DNA from: Macrostomum lignano
Lineage: Eukaryota
Length of the DNA stretch: 64,000 nt
NCBI GenBank assembly: GCA_002269645.1
Contig: NIVC01002011.1
Location: 124,001 to 188,000 of the forward strand
Direction: 5' to 3'
Each line of letters begins with the position of its first letter. Position 1 is the first letter of the stretch. Made by a program: the position numbers and the translations under genes. Shown here in pieces: positions 50,163 to 61,759 of the stretch. The notes under the pieces are model-generated. The model saw only the letters and a list, made by a program, of their open reading frames with translations. It was not told where the DNA came from and searched no databases.

Positions 50163-50575
50163 GCCACTTCTCATTAAGTTCGCAGGACTAGTCTCTCCCA
50201 CTTCTCACCAAGTTCGCAGGACTAGTCTCTCCCACTTCTCACCAAGTTCGCAGGACTAGTCTATCCCACTTCTCACTAAGTTCGCAGGACCAGTCTATCC
50301 AACTTCTCACTAAGTTCGCAGGACCAGTCTATCCAACTTCTCACCAAGTTCGCAGGACTAGTCTATCCCACTTCTCACCAAGTTCGCAGGACCAGTCTAT
50401 CCCACTTCTCACCAAGTTCGCAGGACCAGTCTATCCCACTTCTCACCAAGTTCGCAGGACCAGTCTATCCCACTTCTCACCAAGTTCGCAGGACTAGTCT
50501 ATCCCACTTCTCACCAAGTTCGCAGGACTAGTCTATCCCACTTCTCACCAAGTTCGCAGGACCAGTCCATCCCAC
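50163..50575. repeat. 34-bp tandem repeat x12 (CCACTTCTCACCAAGTTCGCAGGACTAGTCTATC)
   Basis: AAGTTCGCAGG at 50176, 50210, 50244... to 50550; no spacers. Confidence 0.97.
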
Positions 50576-51124
50576 GCCGCTTCAACTTGGTGCGTCAATT
50601 TGCCGCATTATGACAGCAGTTTGATTTTATACATTTTATCATTTTTATGAGTTGAGTAGCCTCATTGACACATGAAGTAGAAGGAAACTAAATTTTATTT
50701 TGTTTCAAATGAACTAAGCAATGCACGGTACCTATGTTTTGATCTATGTTTTGCAAAAGTTGAGCCGAGAAATTTCGCCACAGGACTGCGCACTCGGCCA
50801 TGGACAATAGAGCCAATGAACTGGGCAGCTCGCAATTCTCAGCCGTACTCTCAGACAGACTGCGAACCAAGCCAAGTTGCTTAGGATCTGGGATGGTGGC
50901 CCAGCTATTGAGGATCTGAGAACCTGGTAGCCCACTTCGGGCCCAGGTTAGCTAAGTTGTGTATTGTTAATAATTATTTTGCTCTATTTTAGTCACGCGT
51001 TTTGCAATGTACTTTTTGATAGTTAGAGTTTCTTTTTAGTGTAAACAGGCCAAAACAGCTAGACGCAAATTACCAGTCAAGAGTGACTCAGCGGAGGGTC
51101 GACAGTTCCAGTGTACCCCGGCTT

Positions 51125-51295
51125 AGCGCGGCCAGCCAATCACAATCGGCCTGGACCCCTGGCACGCGGCAAAACAAGTTTTACCCGGCCTGAGAGAGCG
51201 CCGCGATTCGGCTTAGCGAGCGGCCGGCCAGACACCCACCACCCGGCTTGAGGGGGGGGGTTGAAAGGTTTGGAAGTGACTATATAGGAAAGTGT
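51125..51295 (+). promoter_or_regulatory. CCAAT + TATA promoter-like/LTR-like segment
   Basis: GCGCGGCCAGCCAATCAC (~51127), a G9 run, and GACTATATAGGAA (~51279). A similar GCGCCGGCCAGCTAATCA plus G run occurs at ~34340-34382. Confidence 0.35.
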
Positions 51296-52184
51296 GTTTT
51301 GGCGGTCGGATCTCATGCTCGTTTTCTCTTATGTTTGGCTCCTCTGGTTTTTCCCATTTCCCGGCCGTTCTACCTTTTGTCGCGCTTTGAGGCGCTCGAT
51401 TTAAATCGACCCCCGGTCTTTGCTTTGTTCCCCCGCCCAACCGCAATAGTCTTGCTGGCGTAACGCTCGCGATAACCTTGTCCAGAGAGCGTCGTTGGCA
51501 AGCGCGGTTAGATAGGAACTGACGGTTTTGACACAGTACGTGGCCTCGACCCCGAGGGCCTCAGTGTTGCACTGAAGGGCAGAGCTGGTAGGACTTGCCA
51601 GAGCTCCGCTGAACTGTCAATCCGTCAGGGTCCTCGCCTGAGAGTAGGCTTTGGGTTTAGGCCGGTGGTTAGGGATCTTTCTCCGTGGTCCTGTGTTCGG
51701 TTCTCTTTCTTCCGTCTTCTTCCAGAGCTGAGATCCGCTCACCAAGTTTGCGTCAATCATATTTTGTATTATTATCATTCGAGTTTAACTGCGTTGCGAA
51801 TTACGTTATTAAGAATTGTGTAACTATAACTTGAATTAACTAAATTAAAGCGTCAAGTCTCGTTATCAGTCATTATCAATTAGGATTATCACTCTCTAAA
51901 TCTGCCTGGAACCGCTTTCAATCGCGTTCGTTATTTACTTGTACCGTACCTGCGACTATTGCAGAAAGTCTGGTAGGACTCGCCGACCGGCGATAGGCAA
52001 ATAGGACTACATGCTCCAACATAGGTTTGTCTAGGGCCTAATCTATTTGCCGTATCGCATTTATTTCATCACACAGACCAATTTGTCTTTTTGCTGAATC
52101 AGGCCCGGGCACACCCTAAAAGCCCAGAAGTAAAGTATACCACAGAGTTCTGCTAGTTTCTGTTTAAACCTTTTTTACCCACAA

Positions 52185-52550
52185 ATGGATTCTAAAAGTG
52201 AAGCTTAAAGAAAAGGAAGTGAAGAAAAGAAAAGCTAAAAAAGGACGCCCTGCACAGAACAGACTACATGGAACTCGATTCCCGATTCGGAAGACGCATT
52301 ATCAATGGACGACTCGAAGCAGATTAAGTCAGAAACGGAGTCGGAAAGCATGGATTCAGAATCTGATGAGAGCCAAGATGAGGCGACTAATGGGTTGAAG
52401 TAGCCCCTGGAAATGACAACTTGTTTGACTTACATGTAGACGGGGTGCCGAAACTCCCAGGGTTTTCGACAATCAATCCAAACATCGATCTACCAGAGAA
52501 TGCAGACGAGGGTATAACAGACTTTTTTCACTTTCCTGAACTGAAGAGTT
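52185..52550 (+). pseudogene. Possible piggyBac-type transposase N-terminal relic
   Basis: Acidic Ser/Asp/Glu tract followed by WVEVAPGNDNLF...PKLPGFSTINPNIDLP...DFFTF. Frameshifted; no TTAA ends found. Confidence 0.3.
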
Positions 52551-52695
52551 TCTCAACAGTCTTATCACATGGAAATACATGATGGTCTTTTTCATACTGG
52601 GCACTTGCTTTAGTGAATGGGGAGATGGTTTTTGATGCCATAGGAATTTTTTAATCTCTGGGCTTTTGGGCCGTTTTGGTATGGCATGCGGTGCA

Positions 52696-53585
52696 TTTTC
52701 CGTTCAATTTAAACAAAACTCGCATTCTATTTCGGCAAGCTGATATTCGATTTCATTATTCGACATTTAGCGACTTCAACCGTCATTCGAATTCGGCAAG
52801 GACCCATTCAATTTCGGCAAGCAACATTTAATTTTGGCAATTAGATATTCTATTTCAGACCATAGAAAGATATTCTAGTTCATTCTGTCTATGGACAAAA
52901 CTTTCTCCTGATTTCCCATTCAATTTCGGCATGCAGCAGTCAAGTTCAGCACAACACTTTGGCGCGCTGTTTTAGTGTACTGTATAATCTTCAACAGCCT
53001 CCCTCTCAAACTAAACAACAATACTGTACCTGTCTATGGCCCTCTCTATAGCATCCCTCTTTAAACTGAGTGCTCTCCTTGAAGTTCGTTTCCAGAAGAC
53101 AGAAGCTTCATGTACGGGAGCATGCACTGATTTCATTTTTGAAGATATATAGCGAATAAGAAGAAGAATGAGCGACGAGAAGTTCGAAGAAACAGAAGAA
53201 GAAGATATCGGTGACGAAGATGATGAGATTGAGCCCCGAGGGCCATACGGACGAATGCCTGATGGAGACAGAGCCCACCTTGACGCACACGAGAACAGGC
53301 AGGATTATGTCCATCTGGCGCAACTCAAGAAGCCGCCTCTGCATCTGCCCTCGTACCTTCGGCTTCATGTTTAAATTGAATGCTGCATACCGAAATTTAA
53401 TGGGAAACCTGCATGCAGGAGCAAATTTTGTCCATAGACAGAATGAACACCGTCACTATGGTATGAAATAGAATGTCCATCAAAATTGGAATGACGGTTG
53501 ATCGAAGTAGCTAAATATAGAATGATGAAATTGAATGTCATTTTGCCGAAATATAATTCGAGATTTGTTGAAATTGAACGGAAAA
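52696..53585 (+). mobile_element. ~890-bp DNA element with 43-bp TIRs, subterminal TTTCGGCAAG repeats and a short acidic ORF (53168-53374)
   Basis: Left TTTTCCGTTCAATTTAAACAAAACTCGCATTCTATTTCGGCAA matches the reverse complement of 53543-53585 at 39/43. Superfamily not identified. Confidence 0.7.
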
Positions 53586-54221
53586 GGTGTGGTGACATTT
53601 AAATTAAGTATTCTGGTCTCAGAGCTTCATTTTTAAACTTGCGTGCTGATTTTTAATTGAACGTACAATCCGCTGGATTGATTGACTTATTAAATCACTT
53701 TTATACTGTTAAGTACAGTTTAAAAGTAAATACGGTTCCCAGAAAAAAACAGTTAACATATTAAATATTGCTCACAGGATGAAACAGAGTTCACAGAAAG
53801 TATCATTTACAAATTTAACACACAAAGTTCACGGAAAAAGCACTGTCGTATCGGTTGACAAAACAATTAGCAAGTGAAAAAAGTTTACTTAAATTAATGA
53901 TATTTTTCTTCATTTTAATACCTAAGAAGTCAAATTAATTTTATGCCTGGCGAATATTTTTAACCAAAAGTAAGTTTATTTATAAGATATAAAACTTCAC
54001 TTGTATAATTTTTATTCTCGAATTACTCGGATACATAAATGAATTAAATTTTTGTCCCAGGATCTCTAAAAAACAAAGCAGCACGGCAACAAAAAATGTT
54101 TGTGCACCAAGTTCCTTTCTCATGCATATGCCTCTGATTTATTGCATAGAAACGAGCATTGCATTTTAATTAAAAGCCAGCATGCCAAGTTTCCTACAAA
54201 TAGCACAGCGGCCCGTGCAGC

Positions 54222-57200
54222 TCAGTCGGACGGCCGGACCTCCCATGGGGCGCTTCCGTCAGTGTTGCTCACCTGGCGTCAATTGATGAGGGTAAAGGCA
54301 TGAGTAAAAATGATGCGAAGGATTGCAAAAACTATTATTCTCACATTGCCAACGATGAATAAAAAAGGATTGTGATGGATGGGGTCACTTCAAATTGTCA
54401 AAAACAATCGCTAAAGTTACTTTCAAAAGATCGGTTTCAACAAAATTTCGAGCTTCAAGTCACTGCTCTTGAAACTCGACGTCTGGACAATTTTTTAGCA
54501 TCTATAATATTGACAGGCTGCTCCGGCCCAACCATGCTTTACCCTGAATAAATCGTCTTTTGGCCATGGACAAATCGTTTTGGTTTAAATGAGCCCTCAA
54601 CGGGTTTCCCCAGGCACTCACCTCAGCCACCAGCCCACCTCCGCAGGCCAGGCGGATTCGCTCCGAGGTCGCCGGCGAGTCCAGCTGGAAGCTGAGCTGG
54701 CCCTGATGACCGTTCGGAAGCTCGACCTGGCTGTCCAGCCTGGCCGCCAGCACCGCCTGCCTGATGGCCGTCAGCACCGAGGCTGCCAGGTTCAGCGGCG
54801 GCTCGCCGACCGCCTTGGACGAGTGAACGGCTTTGGGGTGCTCGCAGCGGCTGCCTCTCAGCAGGCGGATGTTCAGCTTCTCCGGGATGTCGGAGAAGCC
54901 AGGAATTTTGTAAGCGCCGGGCCCGCGGGTCAGGAGGCGGCCATCGGGCGAGTAGCGAAGGTCTTCGATGGTGTACAAGCCGCAGCCCTGCGTGAAGGCG
55001 CCTTCCACCTGGCCGATGTCGACAGCCGGGTTGAGGCTGGCGCCGAGATCCATAACGATGTCGCAGCGTCGGATCACGTGATCGCCGGTCAGGGCGTCGA
55101 TTTCCACCTCAGAGCAGGCGGCTCCGTAGGTGAAGTAGAGGGCAGAGTCGCCCCGGCCGCTGCGCCTGTCCGCGTCCTCCTTGGGCGGATTGAAGCAGAA
55201 GCCGCAGGCCGAGAGGCTGACGCCGGCCAGGTAGGCGGCGCCAACCCAGTCCTCCCAGGCGGCGGTCGGGTTCGCCTCGACGAATGGCGCCAAGCGTCGG
55301 CGCAACTGCAGGCAGGCGTCGAGAACAGCCGGAGCGTTGATGTCGGTTGTTATGGAAGCGGCCGATGCCGTTGTGTTTGGGACCTGGAGAGGTGTTGAAA
55401 TCTATTGCAATGCACTGAATAGCCTGTCTCAGAAGCCCTGTTACATTGTGGTGCCTACGCACTTATTGTTGATTTGGGGTGCCTGCGCACTTGTGCTGGC
55501 GCTGGATAACCTTCAGCTCTAGTCCGTGCTGGCTGGTCGCCAGTCGATTGGCTGGTCCGGGGGCTCCCTCGCTCTCTCTCTGTTTCTCTCAGTTTCTCTC
55601 CCTCTGTTTGGGACCCGGCTTTCCTTCCCCCCAGCTTTTCTGCAGTTGATTGGCCAGTCCTCCCTGCCCTTTTTCTCTCTTTCCACCTTCTCAGTGACCC
55701 TTCCTCTTGGTCCAGCCGATCAGCTCTGCCTTGCGCGGCGCGCTGATTGGCTGGGCTTGGCAGTCAGTCGTCTGCTGTCTCGCCCCAACCTTTTTTGGTA
55801 TTTATATTGCCGTCTGTTCTCCTCCTCCCCCTTCGCTACCTTGGGCTCCTGTGGCGATTTGCCCTGCTCTGTGCCGTTTGACGGTCTTTTACTACCAATA
55901 AACAATTTAACCCAGTAACGGCCAGCCATAAGTAATACGACCAGTAAGCTCTATCTCCTGTGTTTTGTCCTGTGTATGAGATTGCCAGATCCGCCACAAG
56001 TTCTCATATGTATTAAGTATATATGTTGGAATGTGCTCAGGCTTGAAACATTTGAGCTGGAGCTCGCCAAGATCATAAAAATTGTTCTAATAACTAGTAG
56101 GTCTATTGCGCGTCCCAACGCTTCTGTACCCAGGCTGTACGAGCTACTGGGCTAGGAACCCAAATCGACCACCGTTACTACGCAGTCGTTTGCTATGCTC
56201 AAACCTGCGCTGTGCTGTCTCTGCTATGCTTAGCTCATAAGCTGCCTTTATACTTTTAGCTATGCTTAGGTTCCATATGGAAGAACTTCAAGCAATGTCC
56301 CTTTGTCTCAAAAGAATCAAACCTTATCCGTGGAAGTCTCTGCAATGTACAGCCGCCCGATGGGCAGTTGAAGAGCCCTGGCGGCTACCTGGAGCAGCTT
56401 GGTGTGCACTCCCTGGCCCATTTCCACTCCGCCGTGACAAATCAGCACGGAGCCGTCAAGATAGATGTTGACGGTGGCTCCACTCTGCAGGGGGAATTTT
56501 TTGCCCATGCCGATGCCGTAAGCGATGGGGCAGAGAGACAGGCCACGTTTTTTGTGCCGGCTGGCGCGGTTAAAGACCTCAAGCTCTCGCAGGCGGCCAT
56601 GATAGTCGGAGGCGGCCAGGCACTCCTGCCAGCAGCGCCACAGGTTGTCGCTCTTCACCGGAGCTCCGTTCGGCGTGATCTCGCCGGAGCGGAACAGGTT
56701 CAGCTCGCGAATCTGGCACTGCGAGAGGCCCATGGATTCGGCCAGGTGTGACACCGCCGTCTCCATGATGGCGCAGGCCTGCGGAGTGCCAAACGCCCGG
56801 AAGGCCGTGTTGGAGGCGAGGTTGGTGCGGCACAGCCGGATCTCAATGCTCAGGCTGGCTAGCCGGTAGGTCTCCATGCATGCGCGTAGCATCCGGCCGG
56901 CCACGTTCTCGGACATGTCCAGCGTACAGCCGGCGTTCAGCAAGATGAGCAGGCGCAGCCCGATCAGCCGGCCATCTCTGTCCGCTGCCAGCTTGTAACG
57001 CGCCTTGACCGGGTGACGGCCTCCGGACACCGCCATGTCGTCCCAGCGGTCCAGTACGGCCCGCACTGGCCGGCCGAACTTCAGCGCGGCCACCGCAGCC
57101 GGAGTGGCGAGCTGGCTCGGCCGCGTCTCTTTGCCGCCGAAGCCGCCGCCGATCCGCTTGACCTTCACCACGATGCGATTCCTGGCCAGCCCCGTCACCT

Positions 57201-60200
57201 TGGACAGGTCGCTCTGCATGCCGCTCGGGTTCTGACTGGTGGCGTAAACTAGCAGCTCCGAGCCGCTGTCCTTTGGCTCCACCAGGACGGAGAAGGGCTC
57301 GAAGTAGAAGTGCTCCTGGCCTCCGACATTCATCTCGCCCTCAACGCAGTGCTCAGCCGTGGCGAACGCCTCGTCAACATCGCCAACAGTCAGCTGCTTC
57401 CAGTGTTCCTCCGGAAAGAAGCTGTCGGAGGCGGCCGCATCTGAGATGGTGACCACAGGCGAGCCCGCCGCAGGCCCGTACTGCACGCGCACCAAGCGGG
57501 CAGCTCGACGCGCCGTGTCGCGGTCCGCGGCCAGCACACCCGCCAGGAACTGGCCAGTAAACATCACGTCGGAGCTTGCGAAGACCGGCTCGTCATCGAA
57601 TGCGTAGCCGTACAAGTTGCTGCCCGGAACGTCTCGGCTGTCCACGAAACCGGCCACGCCGTCCATCGCCAGGGCGTCCGTGAAGTCGATGCCGACCACC
57701 GTCGCTCTGGCCCGGTCGCTCATCACCGGCGCCAGGAACAGCTCGCCGGCGGCCGCTTGCGCGTCGTCAGTGTACATGGCTTCTCCCGTCACCTGGGCGA
57801 TAGCGCTAGCGTGGGAAACTGGCCGCCCCACGAGGTCCTCGATCGGTTGGTCTGCCGGGACGGACTCAAACACCTGCGTGGCCGACAGTGGTCGTCGGTC
57901 GAGTTCGTCTACAGCGGACTCGTCGAACGGAAGTCCGACGTCGCGGCAGACGCGCTGGTAGAAGCGGAACAGCATCGAGGCGGCTAGCGTAGACCGGTAG
58001 GCGGCCTGTCCTCCCGGAGCGCCCCAGGCGACCGCAGCCTCTGTCTTCAGCTGGCGCAGGCCCGCCTCCAACGCGTCGCCGTCCTCCCAGCGGCGCCCGA
58101 CCATGGCGGCGGCGGCCTGTCCAGCCGACAGCACAGTTGGCGCCAGACCGCCGAAGCAGAGACGAGCGGCGGCTACTTGATCTCCGCCGGGCCCCAGGTC
58201 GACCCAAATTGCTGCGTTCACGATGGCGATGTCGTCCTCTTTTCGCCGAGCCTGCTTGACGGCGTAGCAGTGCTGCCGCTCGGAGCAGAAGGGTATCGAC
58301 ACACTGCGAAGGACCTCGTCAGGCCTGGCCGCCGTGCGTCTGTAGCCGACGAAGAAGCTTTGGTCCGCTGCCACGTTGCGCTCTCCACCTGCGGGCAAAG
58401 CAAGGGTCCTTATGGGTTGTCATGGGGCTCTGCGGTTTATGAACATGATTTGGTTTAATGAAACGGTGCATGTTGTCGTAGAGATGGCTCAGACAACAGC
58501 TCAGACTCACGCAGCGACGCCAGCGTCAAGGTGGCTCCTAGAGCTCCGAGAAGAGGAATCAGGTCCGAGATCGGGCTGGCTGTCATCACATTGCCACCGA
58601 TTGCCTGCAGAAAAAGCAAAAGTCGGTCAGTTTCCAGATGAAGGCGAATCAGGCCGACAGTCGACTCACAGAGAGCAAAGAGTCAAGCAGTCTTGCCCGT
58701 TTCGTTGACCCCTAAGCTTTTCCATTTACTTTAGTACATTCCCTGCTGCCCTCATGGGCGAGAACTGCACAAGCATCACAGCCTAATTCATGTTGGGCTC
58801 GAGCCCCAAATTACATGTGGCTGCGCACAGAATCGAGTCTAACTACTTTGAACGCGTCAAACGCGTTAATCACTGAGCTACCCTGCTAACTCGCAGTTTG
58901 AGCTGGTTCCCCAGCCCATCTCAATTACCGCAACGTTGCGGATCTGCGGCCCGGCAAACTGGTCCAGCATGTCCAGCAGGGCCCGGCAGCCGCGCTTCTG
59001 ATGCTCCAAGGACAGCCCGCCGGCCTTGGCGTCCGAGCACAGGCGCCGGCACAGCTGCGCCAGGCGTGTTAGGCTTACGCTGGCGCCAATCACAAGACCA
59101 GCGAGTGTCGCCTCGATTGACGTCAGCTCAGGCACGCCGGAAGTGCAAATTAGATGCGGATAAATGGCGCCCTTCTGCTTGGCCTCGATGCCTGGGCATG
59201 GTTCATTCGGTGAGGTGCATTGCATTTATCTAAGATACTGAAATTCATTCTACAGACATGATATTGCTACTACTGACAAGAAAGCCACAGATTTTGATAC
59301 TGTTGACACGATACCCACTGATATTATCGGTACTAATTACAATATTCCAACTACCAATAATCCTACTGGCAAGAATTCATGATCTGTGAACCACAACTCA
59401 CCAATCTCGCTATTTCCCACAACTAGCTTAGCCTCGGGATGCTCAGATTTGAGCTGCAGAAGCCGCTCCAGGCTGACTGGCCGATGCCACGTGACCCGAT
59501 CTGAGGTGAAGCGTAGCTCACTTGCGTCGTACCGGTCCGTCAGCTAGATGAATTAAATTGGCGATTTGGTTAAACTAAATTCCAGAACAAATGCACAGCT
59601 TTCAATCCCGGTTCGAAATCGAACAACCTGCAGCTCGCTGGGGAACAGCGGCTCCTGGCTGGGATCGTAAGGCAGCAGGTCGGCCGTGTCAAACAGTTCC
59701 GTTGCCACCCCGGAGCCTTTTGCATCCATGCAGCATCCGGAGGAGCCTCGGCCGCCGCCGCAGCAACCGCTGCTGCTGTCGCCGCCGCCACCGCAACACA
59801 GAGACCTCAGGCCGTCCAGTATGGGCCGATAGCCGGTACAGCGGCATAGGTTGCCCTGAAGACTGGCCGTCAGCTCGGCGTCTGTAGGATGTGGCCGCTC
59901 TCGCAGCAGGCTGTAGGCGGACATCAGGACGCCGGGCGTGCAAAAGCCGCACTGGGAGCCGTGCGCCCTGGCCAGGCGCTCCTGCACAGCGTGCAGCGCC
60001 CCGCTTCGCCCGATGCCTTCGATAGTGGTGACGGAGGTGCCGTGCACCGAGCAGAGGGGCGCCAGACAGGCGTTGACGGCGAGGTGCAGCGGCGAGTCGG
60101 CCCGCCGGTCCCATCGAGAGATCATCACGGTGCAGGCGCCGCAGCCGCCCTCTCCACAGGCGAGCTTTGTGCCGGTGAGATGCACTGGGGGCGGAGCGTG

Positions 60201-61242
60201 GGCGGGTCTACTTATAGTGTACGGAGACGGATGGGTGTAGAGCTGTGAGATTAGAATGGCAATGTACATTGCGGACGGGTGGATGTATAGAGCTGTGAGG
60301 GGGAATGGAGGCAATGTGCACTGAAAAGCGATTTGGTGTAAAGGGGTTTAGCCTGTGTTGGGACATATTAGAGTATTGGTCGAATTATCTACAGTTCAAT
60401 TGAAAGGGCCCGTGTACTTTTATGCATAACAAGCAAAAATAGCAAGTGTTATTACATTTTCGCCTCAGATACGAGATTAGTGTCTCTTCCGGGTCCGGTG
60501 TGGGTTCAACGATCTGGAAATTATATAATTAGAATATTTTAGTGCTAGCTTGTACTACTTTTCAAAAACATACAGTAGTATTATGACGCTATCACAATGC
60601 CTGGTTTCTTTTTTTGAGTCTTCACAGTGACTAAATTATCTAAGTAATTGATAACAGTACATAAAATCGTTTCTAGGGTTACTGTAGGTTGAATTCTCAA
60701 ATTATAGTGCACTGAAAACGAAGAAAAACGTAAAAGAACATTTTGAGCAAGATGCGCTTGTTCGATAAATTCATGAGCTCTGGTTGCAAGCCTACAGTAC
60801 GCAAGTGAGCTATATAATGGGTTAGGGGTTAACAGTTGAGTGAGAGATAACGCGAGATAGAGGCGCTTCAAAGAGCGAGCGATAACAACAGGTGGGGGGC
60901 TGCGAGTAGCTGTCGCAGACCCTAAAACTAAGAGTACAAGACAGTGGCAGCTCCTATCCTGACACTCAGTTAGGCACACCTGACTATCAATTAGGCGCCC
61001 TTGGCACTCAATTAGGCACCCCTGACGCTCAGTTAGATGCCACCTAACACTTAATTAGGCGCCCTTGACCCTCAATTAGGCGCGTCGTGACAAATCAATT
61101 AGGCGCCCCTAGCACTCAATTAGGCGGCCCTGGCACTAAAGCTGTCACTATCACTAACTATTAGTATTGGCCATCCAGCAGAAAGTTTTCAATCCAAGCT
61201 TACCTTCATCTGATTAACGTAGAATACGAGTTTGGTCTCCAT
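54222..61242 (-). CDS. XDH: Xanthine dehydrogenase/aldehyde oxidase family molybdo-flavoenzyme, paralog 2, 9 exons, 1343 aa
   Basis: Exons (5'->3'): 61204-61242, 60456-60513, 59628-60184, 59402-59543, 58929-59191, 58511-58604, 56323-58388, 54622-55383, 54222-54272 = 4032 nt. All introns GT-AG, same phases and motifs as paralog 1. Ends [16 protein letters not shown]. Confidence 0.95.
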
Positions 61243-61759
61243 GTCCATCGGTCTCAGAATAGAATCAAGTGTATCTATAGAGTTTCAGTATAGAGTTAAA
61301 ACAGAGTATAACGGAGTTTAAATATTTAAACTAAACTCCAAGTCGATCCCGCCTTATCTTTAGAGCACAAATTTAACCACCCTGTCTTAAATTACACCTG
61401 CAGTCATGGAATACTAGACTTCCATGGAACGACTGATAAAGTGCTGGCCTCTGAACTTTGCCAGTTTAATAAGCATTCAGTAACTTACGAGAGTAGAGTT
61501 GCGCAGTCAAAATGGAAAATTCGCTGTGAATAATGACGTAAAATTACGCTCGTAAGATTAACGAAACACATGCACGTTCAACCGTTCATTAGAGGACTGC
61601 TCCTTTGAAAGATAGTCTCCTGCTCAGATTTTCATTCCCGTACGTTTTCCAAGTCGACTCCAACAATAACAGGCAGACGAAACCCGAGCTCGTGAAGGCG
61701 TATTCAGCATGCCAGTAAAGTACACGTATGAGACAGACCAGGCCTATGGACTAAGGTCT

